A DNA stretch of 64,000 nt from Hydrolagus affinis (lineage: Eukaryota), in the NCBI GenBank assembly GCA_012026655.1, contig JAAILG010000464.1, forward strand, positions 1 through 64,000, written 5' to 3'. The stretch's first letter is position 1. Each line of letters begins with the position of its first letter. Shown here in pieces: positions 25,100-38,083 of the stretch. The position numbers and the translations under genes are program-made. Under the pieces are notes generated by a model that made no database searches, was not told the DNA's origin, and saw only the letters and a program-made list of their open reading frames with translations.

Positions 25100-26970
25100 C
25101 TGTTGTTAAGCCACTTTCCACCACAATTCTCCATTCTGCAGCTTGATTCTCTGACTTTTTGAAGTTTTTAGAGGTCAAGCAGCTCATTAGCTGCTCCAGA
25201 AGCGTGAAAAGATCATTAGAGAAGGGGTGCTTTGCAATTGGCTGCCACTTTTCCATTACTGCTTCAGAATTCACATTTCTTACAGTTTCCACTTAAGAAT
25301 GCCGGGCACTCCACTTGATGCGGTCAATGACATTGCTAAAAGTTTAAGAAACACCCTTTACCCTGTTTGTTTGATAGGAAGAATGTCCAAGGCCATCCTA
25401 TCACTGTTTCCATAGAAATCACTGGAGATAGCTGCAATCAAGATAATTAAAATGACTATTCAAACACGTTTCTTCTGCTCAGTATTATGCCCGCAAGATT
25501 TGGGGGCTACAGTCCTTCCCTAACCAACCTACCCTGATGAATTACATAGATCTCATTAGTAGGGTAAAAGCCTTAAAGCAGAGTTCGAGCAATATGGCTG
25601 ATGTATATTTGCATCCTTAAAAAGATGAGACTTGCATAAAAATGTGGCGTTTTCTGTACAGCTGTCACTTCAGCAGATATTTAGTAAAAGAATCATGCAA
25701 TTTAGGATGAATGCAATTGGGATGACTTGGCAGAGGGTGGCCAAGTTCCAGTGCTCATGATTGGCTTTCAACAGATTGAACAGCAACTGAACCACAGTCT
25801 ATTGGGAATGCGTCAAGCTGCCACCAATCATGTATTCCATACTCATGCAATATATGGGTTTTTATTTGCTCCACTAGGTGCTCTATCATGAAAAACATGG
25901 AGTTCCATCTCGTTGTCATGTCCTGTATCAGATGTGCTGGCACATTACGTTCTCTTTAGAAACATTCCAGCTGCTCTATAGTTTTCGCAGAGAAATGGAA
26001 ATGTCCCAGGTTTCTTCAAATAATGGCGACAATGTTTGTCACTGATTTTGTAGTTCTCCTGAGAATTATACACAGCAAGATTTAGTGTGTATGCAAAACA
26101 ATGCGTATTACAATCACTACCATCCAGTCCAGCTTCCCTCATGTTAACGCTATTATCTGTAATAATCATCCTGACTGTCAAGTTATTGGAATGAATCCAC
26201 TCATTCAACAAGAACTGTAAAAAATGAAAGATGTTGGCAGCTGTGCATTCACCCTCTAACAGGGCGACCTCCAGCAGTGCCAATGCATGATAATCATTAC
26301 CAGAGCACCCAATGGACCACAGTTGGAAGGTAACTTAGTGTGTGATCAGGGACAAATATTTGTTAGATGTGGAGCTGCTCCATATGTCAGTAGTGAAGGC
26401 ACTAGCAATTGCCTTTGCATTTTTTGTCAGTGATTGCACGTTTCACAGCTTAATAGACATTTTGAATAATTGAAAGCACAGAAAGTACAATGTAGAGGAA
26501 TGGTATATATCTGAACGGCAAATAATTAATCAATCTCTGAACTCCATACACTCCGAGTGTGGCTGGAGGTCAACATCTATCATTTCCCCAACCATCTGTA
26601 TAATCTTGGCAGCAACAGGATGGTTAGCAGAGAATTTAGTCCTGAACTCGGGAGGGGATTGTTGAATGGTTGAAGTTCCTCCATTGGGGGGAAAAAAAAA
26701 TGAATAAAAATATTGCAAGGCAAGAAGAGGAAATGCAACAGAATTTCTGTTCTTGTTACCATTGTCATGGCTGCCGCAACCATTTTGTGTTTAATTTTCA
26801 TCCCAAACTATTTGATCAGTCCTCAGATTCAGTTCAGGAACCTGAAGGTGCCACATCAATGTATTCATTCCCAAATTAGCTTACTACTTCCCTGTACTAA
26901 TATGTGTTTGATAATGTCAACAAACACCTTTCAGTTCATTGTAAGGGTTCATGATAACAGATGTTTATTT
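25100..26970 (-). mobile_element. Fossil hAT (Ac-group, ZBED4/6-like) transposase with many stops and frameshifts
   Basis: Collinear motifs: BED finger KGVC*HYQTHISTGK..NLGMNTLMWHL; IIQMVGEMIDVDLQP; FTTDIWSS...YLSLITH; ITDNSVNM; HCFAYTLNLAV; LIQDMTTRWNSMFFMIEHLVEQ; ATLCQVIP; SAILLELCFK (ATLLDPRFK); decayed dimerisation region. Confidence 0.92.
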
Positions 26971-27699
26971 TAAAAGCTGGCAAGAAATCTGTATTCCTCA
27001 TGGAGAGTGATATTGGCAGTTTGAACTTTACTGTGAAAAGCTGTTATATCTTTTAAATACTGCCAGAGACAGGGGAAATCTTGGTGATGGCAACAGTGAA
27101 AGCTGTTATTGTATACAGTGAAGGTGCTCTTCCTGGCAGCTAGAGAATGGGAATGGTTTTTATTCCAGTCAGAGGCAGATTCTGCTGCCTAAGGGAAAAC
27201 AGCCGTAGTCAATTCCGAAACATGCAGCAATGAAAGGTTTCTGAGAAACAGCAGGAACAGGCAACTAAAATGAATCAGAAATAGCAGTCTCCCAAAAGGT
27301 AACAAGGAAAGAATTAGGAGTCGGGAAGGTGTGTGAGGAAATATTTTCATTTCTAGTTTGATTTGGTAGTTTGATTTAGAGCTATAAGCATCAAATGTGT
27401 TTTTTTTAATAAGATGATGGAACTCAATTTTGGTTTACTCCATAGAAACCTTCAAAGGTAATGCAAGATGAGAATAAAATAATTCTGCCCAGTTTATAAG
27501 ACTTTGAAAGATTCGTGTTATTGGTGGCAGAAAGGCTGCAATTTTATCTGTAACAGTGCTTAGTACCTCGTCACTTGCTCATTTTTCAATGGTTCTGCAT
27601 GATCTATCGCGAATATTTTATTCAGCATTTCAGAACCATCAACATCAGGGAAATGTTAGGAGTGACATTTATGATCAGCAAGAGTGAGCAGATTGCAAA

Positions 27700-28095
27700 C
27701 CCACTTAAAAATATTGTGCTGTGTTTATTCGTCAAGTGATTAGGTTAGAATTATAAAAGCAAAATGAGTGATCGGCATTGGTAATGAGTGGCGCTTGGAA
27801 GATATGTAAATGTAGTTACACAATATGAATGACACACAACTCAAAGTGGCAGCTCAAACTTATCGGTTGCAGTTTATGGACTTGCTGAAAGTGGGATTGA
27901 AAGAGGTGATGTCTCAAGTTAATAATCCAAATTTAAATGTCTTTGACAAACTAAAATACTTACATCGTTTAGACATTTATTATCATAATGGACAGAATTC
28001 TACCTTCATTTCAATAGTAAATTTGAGTGCTCATTTAATATTTAATCAGCCTTTAAGGGGTTTTAAGTGGAGATGACATGCTTCTATTGAAAGCA
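27700..28095. promoter_or_regulatory. Candidate conserved non-coding element
   Basis: Repeat-free block with TTTATGG, TTTATTA, TGACA and many TAAT motifs. Inference only. Confidence 0.35.
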
Positions 28096-28745
28096 TCTTT
28101 CTGAGTGTTGCAAACACTTGTCCCAACTTGTGAACTTCAAAAGCCCAGAATTTCACAATGGATTATCTGATATAAGTGATGTGAAAAGCATTTGAATAGT
28201 TGTGATATCTTAAATAGAAATATTTTTTAAAAGATTCACCTGTGACATATTTCAACATACGGGCAATCTAAGCACAGTATAAATTCTATAAAGCCACAGC
28301 AACAAATTGGTATCCTTTTCTCCCAAATATGTTATCATAATTTTCTGATGAATCGCTAGGGGAGCATCTGATTCTTTGCAGTCTACTACAATGGGCATTG
28401 AACCTTTCATAACCTAATATGTATCAGTTTTCCCTTTAGTCTAGTGGGAGACACCCAAATCCCAGTGATCCGTATAAGTGTCCATTATCACCATTATCAC
28501 TGCTGCTGGTGAAGGGTTTTATCTGTGCAGCCCCTCCTTGAGACGATCTATCCAATGTCTGATAATGTACCACTAAATACGTTGTTCCTCTGCTTGTCCA
28601 GTCTAGGGATATGTCCCTATTACCTGGTGCTTTAAAGAGTCTTGCATCCTGGTCATTGGAATCAATCTCTGGATTAACTCCGAAAATCTCAAAATCTGAA
28701 CTCATAGCCGAATCCCATGTATTTCAGTGTGAGTCATGTAATTAG

Positions 28746-29106
28746 AACAACGGCAATAACGTGCAACTTATATAGCGCCCTTGGTACATAGTAGCATCTT
28801 AGAGCGCTTAAATAGTCATTCTGACTAATGACTATTTCTGGGAATGTAGGGGATCTCTTGCTGGATCAAAGAACAAACATTTTAACTTAGAGACAGAGGT
28901 TTATTTTGACTAGAACCTAGATTAAAACAAAATGGTGTTTGTTCGGAATTTGGACCAGTGGGAAGAATCCCTGCTCCCAGTGATTGGTCTGTTTTTCCAA
29001 GTCCTGCCAATGAACCAGGAGCATGGCTGGTGAGGATCAGCATCGCCCCAAAGTCATCCTCCTGACTTAGAAACCAGTCAACAGAGACTGCCACAGTGAG
29101 CTGACT
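28746..29106 (-). mobile_element. Old, decayed DeuSINE (tail plus head remnant)
   Basis: Tail TGCAACTTATATAGCGCCC...AGAGCGCTT. Head remnant CCTCCTGACTTAGA, the reverse complement of a TCTGAGTCAGAAGG-like motif. Confidence 0.55.
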
Positions 29107-30357
29107 ACATTCTGAAATTCTGTTGCTAAGCAGGTCACCTGGGCACTGGGCTGGCTAGAAACTAGAATTGGTCAGCATTTTTGTTTGTTTATTTGTTTGT
29201 TCGAAAGAGAAAAATGCATGAATAAAATCCATTCCCAAAACCCAACTATTGTTGATGTTGTAACCAGAGAAAAAATTATTCCCACATTCACCAACCCGGT
29301 GATAATTGTCGAGAAAACACAGTGCTGCCCAGCATTTTCTCTCTCTCTCTATTGTTAAAGCTCTTAAAAATTAATTAGAACCAGTTCTTTCCATCTACAA
29401 ACAAACTCAATAAACCATCCTTGCTGTTTACGCCACTGGATATGATTTGAAATGGCAGAGGCTAGTAAAACTGCATTATGAACATCCTCCAGTGCCACAT
29501 AATGCTTTAGAGAGTGAGTATAAATGGGAAAACACTAGGTTAAATTCTGACAGCCAGTAGTGGATGGATTAGTTCTCCCTATAAATAAGCACTGATCACC
29601 TTCATTTTATTGAACTCATTTTTCGGCAAGCAAGGACCACAAGATGCTTCCCCTGCAAATTTTCCCTATACTGTGGCAGCACTGATGGTGTCAGCCAAGG
29701 CAGATTTATTGCCCATTCATTCACAGGAACAAAAAACCCTGCCAGGGCTGGCTGCAGTACATGCAGTAGCAGATAGTTCAAAAGATAACAGCTGCAATAC
29801 CTCACTCCCCCATTCACCATTTACTTTACACATCACTTTCAAGTAATAAATGTTTCTGTGTCAATTTCAGGTACAATATCAACGATGTAGGCATAGCAAG
29901 GACGCGAGAACGTGTACACAGAAAAAAACATCAGTCCTAAGCTTGACAAAATGCCTCCAAATCAATGAGCTTTTATTTTTATGCCCTCTAGGCAGCCCCC
30001 TACAACAACAGCTAGTGGTTTAATATTTTGCCAGCCCGATTATTCCTGCTGGCTTAAACTGGGTGCAATAAAATTAAAGTGAGTATGAAGCTTCAACATT
30101 GCTGTAGCTGATCTAAATACTGACTGACTTGCAATGCTTGCAGTTAAACGTGGTCTTTTTAAAACCAATCACTGAAACTGTCTGCTACGGCTGCTGGAAC
30201 CTCAAAATCCTTTTTTTTTAATTACATAACATTTATGCAGAATCGTAATGGAAAGCTTTTTCTGCTAAATTACCTCACTGCTGCAAAAGCTCAGGATTAT
30301 CTCTCAACTCAGAACTACAATCATTTCGTAATTATTCATTCTCTCAATGGCACCTAA

Positions 30358-30505
30358 GATAATAATAATAATAATCCCTGCATTTAATATACGCCTTATT
30401 ACGTCTTCGAGACATCTCAAAGCGCTTCACAGAATATACTGTAAAGTGAACTGACTATATTTGTGGGTGAAACGCGGGAGCCAATTCATCTGCTAAACAG
30501 TGCTG
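30358..30505 (-). mobile_element. SINE 3' fragment
   Basis: (AAT)5CCCTGCATTT...CTCAAAGCGCTTCACAGAATATACTGTAAAGTG...AAACGCGGGAGCCAATT. Confidence 0.9.
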
Positions 30506-31771
30506 TAATAGAGAAATCCATAATACATAAACTGTTAGTTGCATCGCACTGTTTCTATGCACTACTGGCTCGTGTCTTGCAGATGCTTTATTCGATTTCA
30601 CAATGAGAGGGTCACATGCATGGTTTTCAATTAAATCAGTAAAGTGCATATAAAAAAAAACAATGGATTTTTTCTATAGTTACTAGACAATTGTTGTTGG
30701 TCTGCTGACTCTTTGACATGTGTGTACTGTATTGTAGATCCTCAAAGGTAACCATTAGCAAAAGAAAATGTTGCAAAACTTCAAAGTTACTAGCCAGTTG
30801 TAGTTGTCCACTACTGTAGCGGTTCAGAGTCTCATTTCAACGTGCTATGCATGCAGTTTCTGTGACTGGTATCTGACAACCAAGCTCAATAACTCGCAAT
30901 GTGTTTCTTCAGTTCATTTCTGGTTTACTGTGTGGGCTGTCATATCTTAATGAAAAAGTGACACTCTCTTCAGCTCACCCCATGAAAACACATCTCATTA
31001 ACCATGGCTGGGCTGGGGAAGGTATGGAACATTCTGCAATCATTTACCCTGCTTTCCACCTGAAGAAAGGATATAAAGCGGTAAACTGTTGTAGATTGGA
31101 AATATAAATACATTGCTGGTTATGTTATACACTTTTAGCATCTAATTTAAATACTGCTCGTTTACTTGTAAACTCAACATTGCACCACTCTTCGATGTAA
31201 TCCATAAATTATCATTAAACCTCACATTTTTCTGGTGTCAATTGCTGAATGTTAAGCAAACTAGTGTATGTGTATAATAATTGGCATCTAATCATAGCCC
31301 TAAAACACCATTGCTGCTTGTTTTCTTGCTTTTGGAATATTTCATTTTTATGAATAAAATTAGAAAGCCAGCAATCAACTGTACCCATTCAAGAAATTAC
31401 TCTTATTTCTCAAAAAAAGAACATAATAAGATTAAGAAAACTCTATTTGCTAATTGTTGCCTTGCTTTCTCCTTAATTCCAATCTGTCAGTTCCCATGTC
31501 ATCTCATCCACTAGTGTCTTGCTTGCAGCTCCGCACCCTGCTAGGATTCCGGCAATTTAGAGGTAATGTTTAAAATTTGTTGTCAGTAATTATGATTGAC
31601 AGATGAATAGGCTGAGTGAGCAGAACTGTTATCTGGCAAATCATGTGGAGCTAATGTGTGCAAAGTGGAGTGAAACCTGGTTTCTGATGTAGCCCCCTCC
31701 ACCCACCCCCCCATAGGAAAGCATCCCCTGGATAAACAGGGAAAGAGAGCGATGGAAGCAGAGATAAAACA

Positions 31772-31852
31772 TCATTGCACTTTACAGTATATTCTGAGAA
31801 GCGCTTTGAGACGTCTCGAAGGCGCGATATCAAATGCAAGGATTATTATTAT
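31772..31852 (+). mobile_element. SINE 3' tail fragment
   Basis: CACTTTACAGTATATTCTGAGAAGCGCTTTGAGACGTC...ATCAAATGCAAGG(ATT)n. Confidence 0.9.
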
Positions 31853-34304
31853 GAGCGTCTTCTACTTTTCGAGCAGTTATGCTGTTCTTCCATTCTTGTG
31901 AGAATGGATTCTCACGGTTCCATTAGAATCTGTAACATCCATCTAGCTTTCGGTTCCAAGTGTATTCAAAAACAACAACTTACATTTATTTAGCATACTA
32001 CATTTAGCATATGTAGTATAACTTCTTGGAGTGCTTCATATTGATGTAGTGCCGACCAGGGTAGAGGGGGTAATATTCATGATAATAACAGCACATCTAC
32101 AAATAAAATACAGGTAGTCACACAGATGAAGCGAGCTGCCAATTCATACCCATTCTTGCCAGAAAGAGCTAGACTTATCTCTCAGTGAATGCAGTCTCAA
32201 ATGATAAGGTATTCTTGTCCAGGGCAAGGCTGGAGTTTTATGCAATTAGATCAGAAAATACTGTATGTATTCAGGGCACCACACAAATCACATACGGAGC
32301 TGCAAAATGGCTGTCACCAGTTCCAGCAAGGAAACGATGTGTGCGTTTCACTGTAATGTGCAATGCACATCACTATGAAACTAACAGCAGTATATTTACC
32401 AAGATGCGTGGGGGAAGGGTTGATAAAGTGTATGGTACTGGATTTCGTTCCAGTAAGCAAAATCCAGGTGCGCTGTTTGAAGCTTTTCCTTTTGCTCTCC
32501 ATGAGTTATGCTTTGAAGCATACCCAGACATACTGGCAGCCACGAGAGAGACATTAGTACAGTACAAGAACAGTTCCCAACTAGAGCAGCCTATAAACTG
32601 AGGAGCGGAATTTGAATCCAATTATACTGCACGTAAGAGAACAGATTGCAACCACATTTCTATCAAGTGACATTGAGTTGATGGTTTGACTAAAGTGGAT
32701 GACCTGTCACAAACAATGTCCAAATTTAATTTGGCATCAGTGGCTTCAAGGAAAAAGGTAGGAGTAGGCCAGCAGCATATATTATGTTTAAGATTGCATA
32801 ATTTGTAATTATTGTGGCAGACATAGTCATTATGAAGTTTAGTGTTATCAAAAAGATGGCTTGGATGGAATGGACATCAAATCAGAGAAAGAGTAGTAAC
32901 CACACATGTAGCCTGAATAAACTGAATGTGGAGGATGCTCAAAATACAGTGCCAGGAACTGTAGACAGAGTCAAAGGGGTCTTTAAACTGCAATAATATC
33001 TGTTGGTCTTGGGGAGTTGACATTGCAAGAGGAAATGTAGATCGATAACGTTTCTGAGCATTAGATAAAAAGAGACTCTGAATCACTCAGGAATTAAATA
33101 TTTGTCAGCTTCAGTTCTGAATTTTGGATCAAGTAGTTATGGCTTTACAAATTTCAAACACATGGAGCTGGAAGTTTAATTTGGGGATATAGTTCCAAGA
33201 CTAATTCTATTCTAGAAACTGATTTTCTGGTCCCCTAATGCAGTAATTTACAATCCTATAAGTGAATGATTCCCTTTATGGCTATTTGTGGAACCTTCTT
33301 CTGCGCAAAAACATAATGGTATATTTGCCCATGAATAGTTACTACACTTAATTATCCATGAAAAGCATTCAATCTCATCTTTTTGTCACCATCTCCATGC
33401 AGTCTGCATTGCCCTGAGAGCCAGTTGTGCGCTCAATTCGTTCCTAAAAATGTTGTAAAATCATTATAAAGATATTTTCCTTTTTAAAATCTTCTACATT
33501 ACAACAAAGTGCATCAAGCAATGTGCAAATCATTTTTGTATGTGTCCCGCTTGGAGGTCAGGATTCCACATGGAACCAGAGAATTTCACAGCAAAGAAAC
33601 TGGCTGTTCAGCCCATTAATGACTTGCCCCCGTTCTAAAAGCACAATGGCCACTGTTACCTGTAATGCTATTAAGTATTGGCACTAAACATGTTCTGATA
33701 TAGTTGTATGTGCAAATCAAGGCTCTTCTGTATCATCACCACTCCGTCATTTGCTCCCTCCCCCACCCCAATATTGTTGCTTATGCAACTTGAGGAGCAT
33801 AACAGAGAGACAATCACTCAACAAGAAGCTACACGATACACGTGAGGCACTCAGAGAACACACTTAGCATACACATCAAATTACACTTCACTCAAAATAA
33901 ATTATTAAGATTACCATGGCTGAACTTGTCCTGCCAAATCTTTCATTTCTACAGTGTATAGAACAAATTCACATCAGAACTGTAAGGAAAATTGAATGTC
34001 AGCTCGCATTGCAGGAAACAAACTTTAGCTCAAGGAAGAAATTGAAAAAAACACCAAACTTTCTGTAAGTTTTTTTTAAAATCAAGTGCACTCCATTTCG
34101 GAAAGAAGAGTTGAACTGTTCTCTCATGCAAATCTCCTGCAGCCGATGGTGGATTTCCAGGACCACCTGGTTCTTCACCCTGGTCCAAAAGGAGGAGCAT
34201 GAATCTTTTCTTCAGGATGGCAAAGCTTTTCTTTTTACAATCACCGTGCTTATTCACTAATACCTGTCCTTAACATCAGCTCCCCACGTTTCCATATGGT
34301 CTGA

Positions 34305-34659
34305 CTGTCCAGCACCTTGAAAGGCGCGATAGAAATGTATTTTGTTGTTGTCTTAACTTTAAGAGAACCTTGTGTCTTAAGATTTAAGAAACACAAATTT
34401 CAGTCTTAATGTGAAAGCTTATGGCTGTAGCTTTTTAAACAAAAATCTTCCAACTTACGATTGAATTTGAGAATTTTCCACACCTTTGCAACTTGCGAAG
34501 GGCGCTATAGTTGTGGTTGTCATTTTTCACTCCATATTAAACTTTCTGATCATGTATTATTCCACTGCACAGAGAACTGGTGTTCTGTTGTTCAGCGCCT
34601 TGGGACGTCCTCCCGACATGAAAGGCGCTCTATAAATGTAATTTGTTGTTGTTGTTGTT
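34305..34659 (+). mobile_element. Three consecutive L2-type tail remnants (about 34310-34351, 34480-34520, 34590-34659)
   Basis: GAAAGGCGCGATAGAAATG..TTGTTG; GAAGGGCGCTATAGTTG; AGCGCCTTGGGACGTCC...GAAAGGCGCTCTATAAATG(TTG)n. Confidence 0.7.
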
Positions 34660-35349
34660 GAGTGGAAAAAATAAGTTTGTGGTAGGGAAGCAGTGACCAC
34701 AAGTATTGAGCATTGTCTAAAATATTCACGTGCACCATTTGTAACCAAGTGATAGAACAAGAAATTATACATATATAGAAAAGAAAAAAAAGAAAAAAAA
34801 GCCTGTGTTTTACACTAGTGCCCCTCTTTTAAACACCTGTGAAAAGGCCCCCCAATCCTCAAAGGCAACCAAATAGATTTGGCTTGACATGAGCAAAGAC
34901 CTTTTGACTATAAATTATAACAGGCTAAAGAGGTGCTTTACATCCCCTAGAGCTAGTCTAAAACCACAGGATGCACAAAGCACTGGATGCCTAAATGATA
35001 AGATAGCAGCTGACAATGACAGCTGATATGCAGATGTGCATACTTAATGCAGACAGAGAGATATAATGAACAGCCACTCTACATATACATCAAGTCTAGC
35101 AGTGAGTATTCTTTTCCCCAGGAAAGTGTTTCTCGTCCTGCCTAACTACAAGAAATGCCTCTTAGCCATGACATAACAGATTCAGGAGAATATGCAGCTA
35201 GGCGATTTCCTTTATTCTTTAAACACCTTATTGACTAAATAAATGTTAGTTTTTCCCATTAGTAAACAAGAAACTAGTTAAGTTGCAGTTTATATTTGGA
35301 TGTTTCTTCAAACAAATGGAGAAAAGCTGTTTAAAATTAATACATTTAA

Positions 35350-35550
35350 TAATAGTCGAGATAATGTCACGTATTAATAAAATAAGAGTGCGTTATCCCA
35401 TGGGGAAATTTAACATAATTATCAATTCAATCAATCTGTAGTGCTGCGGCACTTTTTTCTAGGTTCGTTATCAGCAATTGTCAGTAACAGGAAAAGACTG
35501 ATTGAGCAGATGTGTTATCTAACAAGTTGTATCGAGTGAGATTTCAGATA
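35350..35550. promoter_or_regulatory. Candidate conserved non-coding element
   Basis: Repeat-free block with ATCAATC, CTGATTGA, TGTCA, several GATA/TTATC and TAAT motifs, and retained CpGs. Confidence 0.3.
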
Positions 35551-35599
35551 GTTTTGCCTTTGGTCTGGTAACACCTGGACAGACAAATATGAAACACCA

Positions 35600-36340
35600 G
35601 GAAACAGGCTTCCATTGTAAATGGAAGTTCCCAGATTCCAACATAGCTTTAAACCATCAGCAATGGGTTAGAGAAGCAGCAATTAAGGCCATTAATGAGT
35701 GGCTAGGTCCAATTAAATGGAGCCACAGTGCAGTTTTCAAATACTTAAACGTCTGTGCATATGTCAGGTGGACAGTAATGAGATGAATACTTCATCCAAC
35801 CTAAAAAAAGGACAGCAAGTGTTGTCACCATCCTTTCTGTGGAAAAGCAGGACAGACGAGAGGTTATGACACTCAAGCAAAAGGACTCTCAGCAAAAGGC
35901 GAAAGGATCCACAGGGCCAAAATGTCAAGTCTAGGACTAACAGAAGAGTAGTGTCTAAGGATAGGTGAAGTTCTTCAGGGGGGCAATTATTGAAGTTTGT
36001 CAAATAATAGCACATTGAGGATGTCCTCGCTGAATAGAACTGTCCTGCTTTAGGTGTAAAGGTCATGGCGGATCCAAACATTTTCACAACTGGTTCATTC
36101 TTGTCACTTGTCTAGGAATTTATCTTCGAAATTTGCCCCCCCCAAAAATACTGTGGTACATCTATTTGTGTTGAAGGGAATGGTCAAAGAACTGTTCCAA
36201 AGGGATCACGGGCTCATCGCATTCCACAAAGATGCAAATCAACAGTTGGAAAGAAGGCAACAATTCCATGCCATTTCTTTAACTTCTCCAAGATCTTCAA
36301 TGTGATGGACTGAATTCAGCCAAAGCCAAGCTGATGGTAG
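35600..36340 (+). mobile_element. Decayed Penelope-like RT N-terminal region
   Basis: Collinear frameshifted motifs EAAIK, SNLKK(D), VTILSVEK..R..VMTL..KDSQQKAK (ITILPADKGR.TVVL...DY..KA), VKELFQR, QFHAISLTSP (SFDV.SLFT.IP). Confidence 0.5.
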
Positions 36341-37389
36341 ACCTCAATTGCAATTTTTTAATTGAATCAGATGATCAGTGATGCTCAACGGAGGATATCA
36401 CATGTGAATGCCCAGTATGGTGGTCAAATAAGAATCGTTCCTTAGCTCAAATATCATTGTAAAACTATCACTATTTTTACCATGGGGGAATGACATATTG
36501 CTTCCTTACTTACCTTTACTCCTATCAAAGAACTGTGCAAAAGTTTCCTTAAAGTGGTGGCATTCATTATTACATTGACAGCAGGGATAGTAGATTGAAA
36601 TTGGGGCATTTGAAATTTTAGATACTAAAACATATTACTTGCCATTATCTGGCTACCCTTTTTTGAATGATATTTTCACCATATTGAAGTCTAATTTGCA
36701 AATGGTGCCACAAATTGGCCATCCCTTATGTAAACCTTTGGGTAAACACCTACTGTATTTGGTACTCTTTAATTAGGTGATCAACTAGTGAACTTGATTG
36801 TGTGTGCATCTATAATCTTTGCCATTGGCAACTAATTGTATAATTAAATGCATCAGTAATTATCTATGATCCTGAGTTTACACATGATTTACACAACTCA
36901 CAATTTAGTCGCCACAGTTTCACTTTTCAATAGAGTTCAGTACAGCTTTAAAACGCATCCCAACCTATGAGGTTCCAATCTGTATGAATAATTTAGTATC
37001 AACTCATTAATATTTATCAACTCCAATTGTGATCAGACAAAATAAAATGAGCAACCATTTTATTGGATGATGATATTTTCTCTTTTTCCAATCTTTCATT
37101 AGATAACAACTAATTGAGTGGCAATAATGAAGTTGAGGGGCTTTTAAAAAAAATTCTACAAATGATTGTTTTAGCGCTTGGTTTCACCTCCTACTGTCAC
37201 AAGCCTTTGCTCAATGTGCAATCTGCTGCATTTATTTCACTGCTTAAACCTATGCTTTAAAAGTTATCATCAACACTATGTCCATCTATTTCCCAACAGT
37301 GTCCTTAAATAGTTGCCTCACCATAGCCCTTGCTTTACCTATCCTACTGAGAATAGCAGCTATAAAATAATGCTGCGGTAATAAGAGAA

Positions 37390-37550
37390 CATAATTTTAG
37401 GATTCAAATCAAGAATCTATATGATACAGCAACTTTCACATCAGGCGGATGCTTCAAAGTGCTTCACAGGATATATGGTAAATGGAAGTGACTGTGTACT
37501 TTGAAGGCAAATTGCAGCAGCCAATTTGCACACAACAAAGTCCCAAATCT
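37390..37550 (-). mobile_element. SINE 3' fragment
   Basis: TTTCACATC...CAAAGTGCTTCACAGG...GCAGCAGCCAATTTGCACACAACAAAGTCCCA. Confidence 0.8.
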
Positions 37551-37649
37551 AATCTAAAAGCTATACAAGGAAGGCTAATAACTTTTCGTTATTAGAGACC
37601 AATTTGTTTGGTCTCTGTGAAATTACTGATACAAGAATTGATTGACTTA

Positions 37650-37762
37650 CTTTGCCCACACAAGCACACAGTCAATCCACTTTACAATATATTCTATGAA
37701 GTGCTTTGAGACATCTCATCAAAGTTATAAGGTATTATATCAACTGCAAGGATTATTATTAT
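37650..37762 (+). mobile_element. SINE 3' tail fragment
   Basis: TTGCCCACA...CAGTCAATCCACTTTACAATATATTCTATGAAGTGCTTTGAGAC...TGCAAGG(ATT)n. Confidence 0.85.
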
Positions 37763-37897
37763 TTAAAAGCCTTATTCCATTGCATTATTTGAACTGAGAA
37801 AAATGTCAGATTCGTGCAAAATATTGTTCAAGTAAAAAGTAAAGAAAAACAAAACAAGAAAATACACTTAATGATGGAAACAAGTTATGGCCACCTT

Positions 37898-38083
37898 TAA
37901 TAATGATCCCTCCATAAAAAGCACAATAATAAAATTGGTCAGTTTCAATCCACGACTGTTTGTGCGATACTGCGCAATTGGCTGCCGCATTTTGCCCACA
38001 AATATAGTCAATTCAATTTACAATATATTCTGTGAAGCTCTCTGAGATGTCTAGTAGACATGAAAAGCACTATAATATTTGCA
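37898..38083 (+). mobile_element. SINE 3' half
   Basis: TAATAATGATCCCT...AATTGGTCAGTTTCAATCCACGACTGTTTGTG...GCGCAATTGGCTGCCGC...GAAAAGCACTATA. Confidence 0.9.

Noticed and set aside
28353-28367. CTCF-like site TCGCTAGGGGAGCA
   Set aside because: One G short of the core spacing, giving mismatches at conserved positions.
32185-33090. 138-aa ORF and neighbouring LINE-like text
   Set aside because: No recognisable protein; the L2/PLE resemblance is too weak to call.
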